From Thermoproteota archaeon (GTDB taxonomy: Archaea; Korarchaeota; Korarchaeia; Korarchaeales; Korarchaeaceae), in contig JAOZFH010000063.1 in assembly GCA_027491415.1 (NCBI GenBank), forward strand, positions 8,768 to 32,767: a stretch of DNA of 24,000 nucleotides. The letters are read 5' to 3'. Below the pieces are notes generated by a model. It worked only from the letters and a program-made list of their open reading frames with translations, was not told the DNA's origin and did no database searches. A program made the position numbers and the translations under genes. This document shows positions 8,915 through 15,436 of the stretch, in pieces. The stretch's first letter is position 1, and every line of letters begins with the position of its first letter.

Positions 8915-9955
8915 TCAGCCCTCTCCGACCCTGGGGCTCCACTCCCCGGCCTTAAAAATCTTGGCGGGATAGAGCACGTAGGTCTTTCCCCTCCGCTCCC
9001 TCTCGATCAGGCCCCTGTCGATGAGCTCCGCGACCAGCCTGCTCACCTTCGGCTTGGAGAAGCCCGTGAGCTCCGGGAGCCTGTCCTGGGTTATCTGCCC
9101 CCTCTCCACCACCGCCGAGAATATGGCCCTCTCGTCGGCGGTGAGGAACCCCTCCAGCAGGTCGAGGGGGGTCTCCCGCCCCCTCGCCCGCGAGACCAGG
9201 AGATACGCCACGACCGCCCCTAGGGCGGCTCCCACCGCCGTGCCCGGCGTCAGCAGGACCGAAGCCACGGCGCTCAGGCGTCCCCTCCTCGGCCACTCGG
9301 TCGGCGCCTCGGTGGGTGACACCCTGATCACTTGGTACGAGGAGGAGAGCCTGGACAGCTCGTCCGCCGAGAGCGGGTCGCCGATCAGGATTACCCTCTC
9401 CAAGTTGGGGAGGTAGGTGCCTGCGGAGGCCCAGAAGGAGTCGGGGAGGTGGCCCTCGCTCGAGTAGACGATGGGGGCCGAGTACTGCCGCGACCACAGG
9501 AGGGCGGGGAAGTAGAGCTCCGGCCTGGTTCCGTCCACCACGATCAGCGTGTCCGCATCTCCCCAGAGCTGGGTGGTGACGTAGATGGCCGTGTCGAATC
9601 TGGTCGGCCCCCCGAACCTGCTGACCGCCACCCCCTGGGACTCCAGCCTGATCACGAAGTCCTCCGGAACCGCTCTCCTGTCGCCGACCACCATGACCCT
9701 CGGCGTCTCGTCGAACGACGTCAGGCCAAGGACCATGCTGACGACCTCGTCGTCGTTGATGCCCGGTATCAGCGTGATCACGGGGATGTCCCTGTGGAGG
9801 CCGTAGGCCACGGCCACCGTCCAGTCGGCGTAGATGTCTCCCCTGACCACTATGGCCTCGAACTGCCCGCCCGCAGGCTGAGCCTGAGCCGCGGCGGGCA
9901 CCGCGATCGAGGCGGCGAGGAGCAGCGCCAGCAGCGGCGTCCGATTTCTGATCAT
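8915..9955 (-). CDS. Membrane-tethered winged-helix transcription-regulator-like protein with an extracytoplasmic repeat domain
   Basis: 346 aa. It has a signal peptide (MIRNRTPLLALLLAASIAVPAAAQA) and a roughly 220-aa ectodomain with CWB2-like repeats (e.g. SRFGGPTRFDTAIYV, APIVYS, VILIGDPLSADE). One TM helix follows (AVASVLLTPGTAVGAALGAVVAYLLV, then SRARGR). The C-terminus is a wHTH: LTADERAIFSAVVERGQITQDRLPELTGFSKPKVSRLVAELIDRGLIERERRGKTYVL. Confidence 0.75.
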   Translation of the reverse strand: MIRNRTPLLALLLAASIAVPAAAQAQPAGGQFEAIVVRGDIYADWTVAVAYGLHRDIPVITLIPGINDDEVVSMVLGLTSFDETPRVMVVGDRRAVPEDFVIRLESQGVAVSRFGGPTRFDTAIYVTTQLWGDADTLIVVDGTRPELYFPALLWSRQYSAPIVYSSEGHLPDSFWASAGTYLPNLERVILIGDPLSADELSRLSSSYQVIRVSPTEAPTEWPRRGRLSAVASVLLTPGTAVGAALGAVVAYLLVSRARGRETPLDLLEGFLTADERAIFSAVVERGQITQDRLPELTGFSKPKVSRLVAELIDRGLIERERRGKTYVLYPAKIFKAGEWSPRVGEG

Positions 9956-9981
9956 CTTCTCGACAACCAGTCAAGGCCCCG

Positions 9982-9989
9982 ATAAAATA
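9982..9989 (-). promoter_or_regulatory. TATA-like box (minus-strand TATTTTAT) for the membrane-wHTH/Zn-ribbon/ef1b operon
   Basis: Located 27-34 nt upstream of ATG 9955. Confidence 0.4.
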
Positions 9990-10005
9990 GGTTGGCCAGG
10001 GCGGG

Positions 10006-10101
10006 TGGCGGGCCCGGGGGGACTCGAACCCCCGACCTGCGGCTTGCCCCGGCCACGGCCGTAGGAGGCCGCCGCTCTAATCCATGCTGAGCTACGGGCC
10101 C
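10006..10101 (-). tRNA. tRNA-Arg (anticodon CCU) with a 17-nt intron after position 37; CCA encoded
   Basis: Hand-folded from the minus strand: GGGCCCG TA GCTC AGCATGGATTA GAGC G GCGGC CTCCTA[CGGCCGTGGCCGGGGCA]A GCCGC AGGTC GGGGG TTCGAGT CCCCC CGGGCCC G CCA. The intron is about 10045-10061. Confidence 0.85.
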
Positions 10102-10127
10102 AGCCGATCCCTTACCTGTCCTAAGCG

Positions 10128-10135
10128 TTATATAA
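10128..10135. promoter_or_regulatory. Palindromic TATA-like box TTATATAA shared by divergent tRNA-Arg(CCU) and hisS
   Basis: It lies 27 nt from the tRNA 5' end (10101, minus strand) and 29 nt from the hisS ATG (10164, plus strand). It is the only AT-rich element in the 62-nt spacer. Confidence 0.5.
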
Positions 10136-10163
10136 GCTTTGGCGAACTGCGGCCCGTGAGCCG

Positions 10164-11450
10164 ATGCCCGTGAGAACGCTCAGGGGCTTCAGGGATCTGC
10201 TCCCAAACTACTTAGAGGACTTCAGGTGGGTCGAGTCGAGGGCCAGGGCCGTGTTCGAGAGGGCGGGATACAGAGAGGTGCTCACGCCCACCGTGGAGCC
10301 CTTTGAGCTCTACGAGGAGAAGGAGGGGGAGCAGATCGAGGAGAGCATGTTCGTGTTCGAGGACAAGGCCGGCAGGAGGGTCGCGCTCAGGCCGGAGTTC
10401 ACGGCCTCCCTGGCGAGGCTGTTCGCCTTCATGGGTGGAGAGTTCAAGCTCCCCGTGAAGTGGTACTACGTGGGCAACGTGTTCAGGTACGACGAGCCCC
10501 AGAGGATGAGGTACAGGGAGTTCTGGCAGGCGGGTGCTGAGCTGATGGGGGCCTCGACGCCGGAGTCTGACGCCGAGATCATGTCGCTGGCCTGGAACAC
10601 GCTGAGAGACGTCGGCCTCGGGGAGGGGGCGCTGATCAGGCTCAACAACGTCGGCATAGTGAAGTCCATGCTGGAGGCCTGGGGCGTCTCGGGAGAGATG
10701 CAGTCGAGGGTCCTCACCTGGATGGACAAGCTCGGCAAGGTCGAGAGGTCCGAGGTTGAAAGGGGGCTCGCGGAGTTGCTGGGAGAGGAGAGGGGGTCCA
10801 GGCTCATGGGCCTAGTCGACGTTGAGGGTGAGGACCCCTCCGAGCTGGAGCCGGTCCTCAGAGGATTCGAGGGCAGCGTGGAGGCCCTCAAGAACCTGGA
10901 GGAGGTCTACGACGCGGCCAGGGCCGTCGGCATGAGGGTCAGGCTCACGCCGTTCCTCGTGAGGGGGCTGGCCTACTACACCGGCACGGTCTTCGAGGCG
11001 TTCGTGGAGGATATACCGTATGCGCTGGGTGGGGGAGGGAGGTACGACGGGCTCGTAGCCGAGTACGGCGGCCCACCCACCCCGGCGACCGGCCTGTCCC
11101 TGGGGCTGGACAGGATCGTCGACGCGGTGAGGGAAAAGGGAGTGAGAGTAAAGAGGGAGAGGTCGGGCGTCTTCGTGGCCGTGGTGTCCGACGATCTCCG
11201 CAGGAGGGCGTTCGTCCTCGTCGAGTCCCTCAGGGCGGCCGGCATCAGGGCGGACCTCGACCTCAGGGGGGGCAGGTCCCTCTCCAAGCAGGCGGAGTAC
11301 GCAGACAGGACCGGATGGAGGTACGTGATCTTCCTCGGGCCGAAGGAGGTAGAGAGGGGCGTCTACGTCGTCAAGGACCTGGAGAGCTGGGAGCAGCTCG
11401 AGGTGCCAGAGGGGGGGCTCCTGGACTTCCTCAGGGCCGGGCTTGACTGA
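10164..11450 (+). CDS. hisS: Histidyl-tRNA synthetase
   Basis: 428 aa. RGFRDLLP, ALRPEFTASLAR, the motif-2 region FRYDEPQRMRYREFWQAG, GGGGRYDGL, and a C-terminal anticodon-binding domain are present. Confidence 0.93.
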   Translation: MPVRTLRGFRDLLPNYLEDFRWVESRARAVFERAGYREVLTPTVEPFELYEEKEGEQIEESMFVFEDKAGRRVALRPEFTASLARLFAFMGGEFKLPVKWYYVGNVFRYDEPQRMRYREFWQAGAELMGASTPESDAEIMSLAWNTLRDVGLGEGALIRLNNVGIVKSMLEAWGVSGEMQSRVLTWMDKLGKVERSEVERGLAELLGEERGSRLMGLVDVEGEDPSELEPVLRGFEGSVEALKNLEEVYDAARAVGMRVRLTPFLVRGLAYYTGTVFEAFVEDIPYALGGGGRYDGLVAEYGGPPTPATGLSLGLDRIVDAVREKGVRVKRERSGVFVAVVSDDLRRRAFVLVESLRAAGIRADLDLRGGRSLSKQAEYADRTGWRYVIFLGPKEVERGVYVVKDLESWEQLEVPEGGLLDFLRAGLD

Positions 11451-11459
11451 CGGTTAGCG

Positions 11460-11466
11460 TTTAATA
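11460..11466 (+). promoter_or_regulatory. TATA-like box (TTTAATA) for tRNA-Cys
   Basis: Located 23-29 nt upstream of the tRNA 5' end at 11489. Confidence 0.5.
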
Positions 11467-11488
11467 CCTGTGGGGCCCATGTCACCCT

Positions 11489-11563
11489 GCCGGGGTGGCC
11501 GAGCGGCATAGGCGGCGGGCTGCAGACCCGCAGACCCGGGTTCAAATCCCGGCCCCGGCTCCA
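11489..11563 (+). tRNA. tRNA-Cys (GCA), CCA encoded
   Basis: GCCGGGG TG GCCG AGCGGCAT AGGC G GCGGG CTGCAGA CCCGC AGAC CCGGG TTCAAAT CCCGG CCCCGGC T CCA. The discriminator is U73. Confidence 0.9.
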
Positions 11564-11612
11564 CCCCCCGTTCTCCCTGGTTCTCGGCCTCGCGAGGGAG
11601 TGGGGACGCAGG

Positions 11613-11620
11613 TTAATATA
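11613..11620 (+). promoter_or_regulatory. TATA-like box (TTAATATA), possible tRNA-His promoter
   Basis: It is the only AT-rich element between tRNA-Cys and tRNA-His. At about 55 nt upstream of 11675 it would imply a roughly 30-nt leader. Confidence 0.3.
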
Positions 11621-11674
11621 GAGGGGGCGAGCGACCAGACCCGGCCGAGCGCCCGCGCGTTCGGCACCTCGGCT

Positions 11675-11751
11675 GGCCGGGGTGGGGCAGCCTGGCAGCC
11701 TGGGGGCCTGTGGAGCCCCAGACCCGGGTTCAAATCCCGGCCCCGGCCCCA
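11675..11751 (+). tRNA. tRNA-His (GUG) with encoded G-1 and C73; CCA encoded
   Basis: G(-1) GCCGGGG TG GGGC AGCCTGGCA GCCT G GGGGC CTGTGGA GCCCC AGAC CCGGG TTCAAAT CCCGG CCCCGGC C CCA. Confidence 0.9.
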
Positions 11752-11894
11752 TCAACTGCTCTCAACGGGGTCGATCCCGGAGGCCACCAAAGACGCGATT
11801 AGGCGCGATTGAAGGTCTCCTCGGCGCTGACGATGGCTTCCTAACTCACCCACGCGTGTGGGCTGGCGTAACCTCTGGGAAAACGGGTTGGAAG

Positions 11895-11971
11895 TGGTGG
11901 ACCGGCCGGGATTCGAACCCGGGACCTCCCGCGTGCGAGGCGGGCGCTCTACCGAGCTGAGCTACCGGCCC
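11895..11971 (-). tRNA. tRNA-Ala (CGC), G3:U70 present; CCA encoded
   Basis: Minus strand: GGGCCGG TA GCTC AGCTCGGTA GAGC G CCCGC CTCGCAC GCGGG AGGTC CCGGG TTCGAAT CCCGG CCGGTCC A CCA. Confidence 0.9.
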
Positions 11972-11993
11972 GCCACTTACCGGGGGACCAGCG

Positions 11994-12001
11994 TATAAAA
12001 G
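11994..12001 (-). promoter_or_regulatory. TATA-like box (minus-strand CTTTTATA) for tRNA-Ala
   Basis: Located 23-30 nt upstream of the tRNA 5' end at 11971, wedged between the tRNA and the aRF1 stop. Confidence 0.5.
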
Positions 12002-12009
12002 GCCTACGG

Positions 12010-13245
12010 CTATGAGGAGAACTCGTACCTGAGCAGGGCCGCTATCCCTCCCAGGGCGGCGAGCTGCTCGCCCCACTCGGACTTGGGGTTGACTATGGAG
12101 ACCTTCGCCGCGCTCTGCTTGGCCAGTTCACCCACGTACTCGATTATGTGGGTCTTCTCCTCGGTGAAGGTTGTTGCGCCGCACTTTGGGCATGTCCACC
12201 CCTTGGACTGGGCCTTAGAGGACCTCCTGATCTCGGACTCCTGGTACCCGCAGTTCTGGCAGGTTCTGACCACGTACTCGTAGTCCACATCCTCCAGCAC
12301 CAAGACCTCCTCGGCCGCCCCGGCCTGGAGCGCCCTGACCACCTCCCCCACGCCGTAGGCCACGGCCCCGGGCCTGGTGGCCAGCATCGTGAGCAGCTTC
12401 TCGACCTTGCTCCTCTCCTCGTACAGAGAGGCCTCCCTCATGTAGTCCTGGGCCTTGATGATGAGCTCTCTCAGGCCCTGCTCCTCCGTGTAGGACAGGG
12501 GTAGGTTGGCCACGACCTTCTGCTGAAGCCTGTAGTCCATGAAGTCGCCCTCCTCAAACTTCTCCCTGGCGTCACCGGGCCCACCTATGATTATGCCCTC
12601 CAGCTCGTTCAGGTAGGGGAGGAGAGCCTTGCTCGCCCTGGCCCCGAGCCTCTTGAAGAAGTCGTGCACCCTCTCCTCCCTTATCCTCTCGAACCTCCTC
12701 TGAGACTGGCCTCCGGCGCTGTGCTTCGGGGGGATGTCGGCGGTGACCCACTCCAGGATCTGGTAGGTGCTCCCCCTGAGGAGGGCCACCAGCCCGCCGC
12801 CCCTGTCCATCACTATGAGGCCGTAGGCCTTCTTCTCCCTAGCCATGTCCTCCAAGGGCTCTAGGTAGAACTCGTGATCGCAGACGTACCTGAAGGATGG
12901 GACGGGCTCGGGGGGCTCGATCACGTAGATCTCGATCTTCTCTGTCCCCCTGTCGGCGCCCTGGGGGATGGCGCCGCAGAATATGACGAGCCCGTTGGGC
13001 GGCACCTTCCTGTAGAGCTTCAGCCTCTGCATTATGCTCTCAAGGGCACTCTGCACGTTCTTCCTGGTCAGCTTGTCCTTGATGTTCCCCGCCTGGTCGT
13101 ACTCCTTCCTCAGGTAGCGCATCACGTCGGCGACGGGCCTCCCTGGGGGTATGTAGAGCGAGATGAGCTCCGTCCCCCTACCCCGCTTCCGCCGCAGCTC
13201 CTTCAGCAGCTTCCTGAACTCGTACATCTCGTAGGTCATGGCCAA
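12010..13245 (-). CDS. prf1: Peptide chain release factor aRF1
   Basis: 411 aa. It has TELISLYIPPG, a NIKS-region that reads GNIKDKLTRKNVQSA, the GGQ motif (HSAGGQSQRRFERI), and a C-terminal CxxC...CxxC mini-domain. The track start is TTG 13245; ATG 13239 gives MTYEMYEF. Confidence 0.93.
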   Translation of the reverse strand: MAMTYEMYEFRKLLKELRRKRGRGTELISLYIPPGRPVADVMRYLRKEYDQAGNIKDKLTRKNVQSALESIMQRLKLYRKVPPNGLVIFCGAIPQGADRGTEKIEIYVIEPPEPVPSFRYVCDHEFYLEPLEDMAREKKAYGLIVMDRGGGLVALLRGSTYQILEWVTADIPPKHSAGGQSQRRFERIREERVHDFFKRLGARASKALLPYLNELEGIIIGGPGDAREKFEEGDFMDYRLQQKVVANLPLSYTEEQGLRELIIKAQDYMREASLYEERSKVEKLLTMLATRPGAVAYGVGEVVRALQAGAAEEVLVLEDVDYEYVVRTCQNCGYQESEIRRSSKAQSKGWTCPKCGATTFTEEKTHIIEYVGELAKQSAAKVSIVNPKSEWGEQLAALGGIAALLRYEFSS

Positions 13246-13281
13246 TTTTCGCTACACCTCGCTCTGGTCGGCCGAGTCGCG

Positions 13282-13289
13282 TTTTAAAG
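13282..13289 (+). promoter_or_regulatory. TATA-like box (TTTTAAAG) for the LbH-protein gene
   Basis: Located 22-29 nt upstream of ATG 13311, which is consistent with a leaderless mRNA. Confidence 0.45.
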
Positions 13290-13310
13290 AGTCTCGGGTG
13301 GGGGTTCTGG

Positions 13311-14573
13311 ATGCTCCTGCTCTTCGAGGACGAGGGCGCCGCCTTGCTCAGGCCCCCGACCGACCTCACTCCGGTCCACGAGCTAGTGATCGGTAGGGAG
13401 ACCATCCTAGAGAGGGTCAAGAGGCTCTTGAGACACGACGGCGAGACCGCCAGCCTCGTCAGGCCGCACCTCGTGCCCAAGGCGCGGGACTCCGAGGCGC
13501 CCCCCTTCCGCGGGGCGGACGAGGGGGTCCTGGCGGTCAACTCGAGGTGGGTGATGGGGGAGGAGGAGGCGAGGCTCGCGCTCTCGCTGGATGTGGGAGA
13601 GGCGCTCGCCGCCCCGGACGGGACGGTGCTCTGCGCCAGGTTGAGGGCCGAGGAGGCGGATTCCGCCCTCTCTCCGGAGCGGGGAGGAGCCTCAGGCGTG
13701 GGAGAGGCGCTCCACGCCTCTGCGGAGAGCTTCAGGGTTCTCGAGGGAGCCAAGCTGATATCCTACCCCTGGGACCTGCTCCGCACCTCCCTAGAGGCCC
13801 TGAGGGAGCCGGTGAGCGTCGAGGGATCCTCCAGGGTACCGGAGAGCGTGAGGGTCCTGGGGAACCCGAAGATGCTCTCGCTCGGCGAAGGGGTCGAGTT
13901 CGAGGGCCCGGCCGTCCTGGACGCGAGGGGGGGCCCGATCTGCATATCAGACGGCGTCGCCGTGGGGCCCCACGTCTCCCTCTCCGGCCCCCTCCACGTG
14001 GGCCCGAGGTCCGCCATCCTCCCAGGGGCCCAAATCTCCAACTCCTACGTGGGCCCGGTCTGCAAGGTTGGCGGGGAGCTGGCCGACTCCGTCATACTCG
14101 GGTACAGCAACAAGGCCCACTACGGCTACGTGGGCCACAGCTACGTCGGGAGGTGGGTGAACGTCGGCGCAGGCACGGCCACGTCGGACCTCAAGAACAC
14201 CTACGGCGAGGTCAGGAAGACAGTCGGTGGGAGGAGGCTCGGGACCGGCACGATAAAGCTCGGCTCCTTCCTGGGGGACCACGTCAAGACCGCGATAGGG
14301 GCCATGCTCTACACCGGCCTCTTCGCCGGGGCAGCGAGCCACCTACACGGGTTCGTGCTGGAGGACGTGCCCCCATTCACCATCTACGCCGTTACCCTCG
14401 GCTGGGGCAAGGTGGAGTTGGAGCTGGGGTCTGCGATAAGGACGTACAGGAGGATGGCCGCCAGGAGGTCCGTCAAGCCGTCCGAGGGTGAGGAGAGGTC
14501 CATGGAGCTCCTGTTCGAGCTCACCAGAGAGGAGAGAGATGAGGCAGGCGTGAGGAGTGGGAGAATTAGGTGA
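13311..14573 (+). CDS. GlmU-like putative sugar nucleotidyl/acyl-transferase with a left-handed beta-helix (hexapeptide repeat) domain
   Basis: 420 aa. The N-terminus MLLLFEDEGAALLRPPTDLTPVHEL resembles the alternative GlmU-like family as I recall it. The C-terminal half has hexapeptide repeats (VGPHVSLSGPLHVGPRSAILPGAQISNSYVGPVCKVGGELADSVILGYSNKAHYGYVGHSYVGRWVNVGAGT). Confidence 0.75.
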   Translation: MLLLFEDEGAALLRPPTDLTPVHELVIGRETILERVKRLLRHDGETASLVRPHLVPKARDSEAPPFRGADEGVLAVNSRWVMGEEEARLALSLDVGEALAAPDGTVLCARLRAEEADSALSPERGGASGVGEALHASAESFRVLEGAKLISYPWDLLRTSLEALREPVSVEGSSRVPESVRVLGNPKMLSLGEGVEFEGPAVLDARGGPICISDGVAVGPHVSLSGPLHVGPRSAILPGAQISNSYVGPVCKVGGELADSVILGYSNKAHYGYVGHSYVGRWVNVGAGTATSDLKNTYGEVRKTVGGRRLGTGTIKLGSFLGDHVKTAIGAMLYTGLFAGAASHLHGFVLEDVPPFTIYAVTLGWGKVELELGSAIRTYRRMAARRSVKPSEGEERSMELLFELTREERDEAGVRSGRIR

Positions 14574-14651
14574 TGGTGCGGCCGCCGGGATTTGAACCCG
14601 GGTCTGGGGCTCGGGGGGCCCCAATCCTAGTCCAGGCTAGACCACGGCCGC
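14574..14651 (-). tRNA. tRNA-Gly (CCC) with an atypical anticodon loop (C33, G37); CCA encoded
   Basis: Minus strand: GCGGCCG TG GTCT AGCCTGGACTA GGAT T GGGGC CCCCCGA GCCCC AGAC CCGGG TTCAAAT CCCGG CGGCCGC A CCA. The 3' end abuts the TGA of the convergent gene at 14571-14573. Confidence 0.8.
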
Positions 14652-14676
14652 ACTGCCATAGGACAGGCGGTCAGGT

Positions 14677-14685
14677 CATAAAAGG
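14677..14685 (-). promoter_or_regulatory. TATA-like box (minus-strand CCTTTTATG) for tRNA-Gly
   Basis: Located 26-34 nt upstream of the tRNA 5' end at 14651. Confidence 0.5.
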
Positions 14686-14718
14686 TTTGTGGCGGAGCCG
14701 CGAGTAGGCTGAGGGAAG

Positions 14719-14797
14719 TGGCGGGCCCGGCGGGACTTGAACCCGCGACCTCCGGCTCCGCAGGCCGGCGCTCTGATCCATTCTGAGCTACGGGCCC
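14719..14797 (-). tRNA. tRNA-Arg (GCG); CCA encoded
   Basis: Minus strand: GGGCCCG TA GCTC AGAATGGATCA GAGC G CCGGC CTGCGGA GCCGG AGGTC GCGGG TTCAAGT CCCGC CGGGCCC G CCA. Confidence 0.9.
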
Positions 14798-14817
14798 GGG
14801 CCTACGTGGCGCCCGGG

Positions 14818-14827
14818 CTATTTTAAG
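14818..14827 (-). promoter_or_regulatory. TATA-like box (minus-strand CTTAAAATAG) for tRNA-Arg(GCG)
   Basis: Located 21-30 nt upstream of the tRNA 5' end at 14797, just downstream of the L40e stop. Confidence 0.5.
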
Positions 14828-14833
14828 TTGGGC

Positions 14834-15037
14834 TCACCTCCTGGCGAGCTTGGTCCTCTTCAGCCTGAGGTTCTTGCTCCTGCAGCGCCTGCACTTGGTG
14901 GCGCTTATGGGGTTTCGGGCCCCGCAGCGCCTGCAGATCTTGTAGCTGAGCAGGGCCTTCTGGGCGATGCGTCGCTTTATCGGATCCTCGATGGGCAAGT
15001 CGAAGACCTCCCCGAGCCGGCCCCCCTTGCGATTCAT
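14834..15037 (-). CDS. rpl40e: 50S ribosomal protein L40e (eL40)
   Basis: The C-terminal ...[31 protein letters not shown] is the L40e zinc-ribbon signature. The track ORF (to 15232) is over-extended. ATG 15037 gives 67 aa. TTG 14998, preceded by GGGGAGGT, would give a more typical 54-aa product. Confidence 0.85.
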   Translation of the reverse strand: MNRKGGRLGEVFDLPIEDPIKRRIAQKALLSYKICRRCGARNPISATKCRRCRSKNLRLKRTKLARR

Positions 15038-15061
15038 AAATATTAGCCCGGCCCGATAACG

Positions 15062-15436
15062 GTGGGAATGTCCAGAGTTGACGAGGTCTCCCAGCAGATA
15101 ATGAGGCTGCTGGAGAGCGAGGAGACCGTTCACTTGAGGATCCTCCTCCAGAGGCTCCCCTACGGCCTGAGGGAGATCAAGAGGGCGCTGGCGAAGCTTG
15201 AGGCTGAGGGGGCCGTGGAGTCCTTCAGGCACGGGGGGTACACCTTCTACAGGCTGGCAGGCCGGGGAGAAGAGGAAGAGGGGGGAGAGGGCGGCTGGTC
15301 CTGGAGGGAGTCCTCCGAGGGCGAGTCCCCCGCTCTGGAGTCTGAGGCTCAGCCCCAGACGGAACCCGAGGACGAGGGTGAGGGGGCAGAGGGCAGTGGG
15401 AAGGAGCCCTCAGCGCCTGAGGAGGCCGGCCAGTAG
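15062..15436 (+). CDS. Small winged-helix-like protein with a long acidic low-complexity tail
   Basis: The N-terminal roughly 65 aa ([62 protein letters not shown]) read as a wHTH. The rest is a Glu/Gly/Ser/Pro-rich tail. Start is GTG 15062 or ATG 15068. The 3' end overlaps sucD by 27 nt. Confidence 0.55.
   Translation: MGMSRVDEVSQQIMRLLESEETVHLRILLQRLPYGLREIKRALAKLEAEGAVESFRHGGYTFYRLAGRGEEEEGGEGGWSWRESSEGESPALESEAQPQTEPEDEGEGAEGSGKEPSAPEEAGQ

Noticed and set aside
8952-9974. Long alternative-frame or antisense ORFs in the track. Examples are 8952..9974 (340 aa), 13547..14491 (314 aa), 13178..13753, 116..583, 2527..3150, 5646..6299, 8387..9223, 9332..9985, 16821..17384 and 22542..23147.
   Set aside because: They overlap genes with clear family signatures. 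They have Arg/Gly/Pro-dominated low-complexity translations, as expected from GC-rich non-coding frames. They lack recognisable motifs, so they are shadow ORFs.
11849-11862. Near-palindrome CCCACGCGTGTGGG between the convergent tRNA-His and tRNA-Ala genes, as a regulatory site or terminator.
   Set aside because: It is a 14-bp imperfect palindrome (one G/T mismatch) with no loop and no adjacent T-tract. It is a single occurrence and too weak to interpret.
11363-11960. ORFs 11363..11755 (-), 11495..11812 (+), 11542..11733 (-) and 11682..11960 (+) as protein genes.
   Set aside because: They are read straight through the tRNA-Cys, tRNA-His and tRNA-Ala genes and the intervening spacers. The tRNA cloverleaves explain the sequence.
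13075-13086. aRF1 reads NIKD instead of the canonical NIKS, and there are in-frame TAG (18722) and TAA (20923) codons inside homologous ORFs. This raised the possibility of stop-codon reassignment.
   Set aside because: Conserved genes in this window terminate at all three stops at the expected protein ends: TAA for ham1 and bud32, TAG for aRF1 and sucC, and TGA for most others. The standard code therefore fits. Both in-frame stops lie in the decaying accessory region, and one of them sits in a gene that also carries a frameshift.
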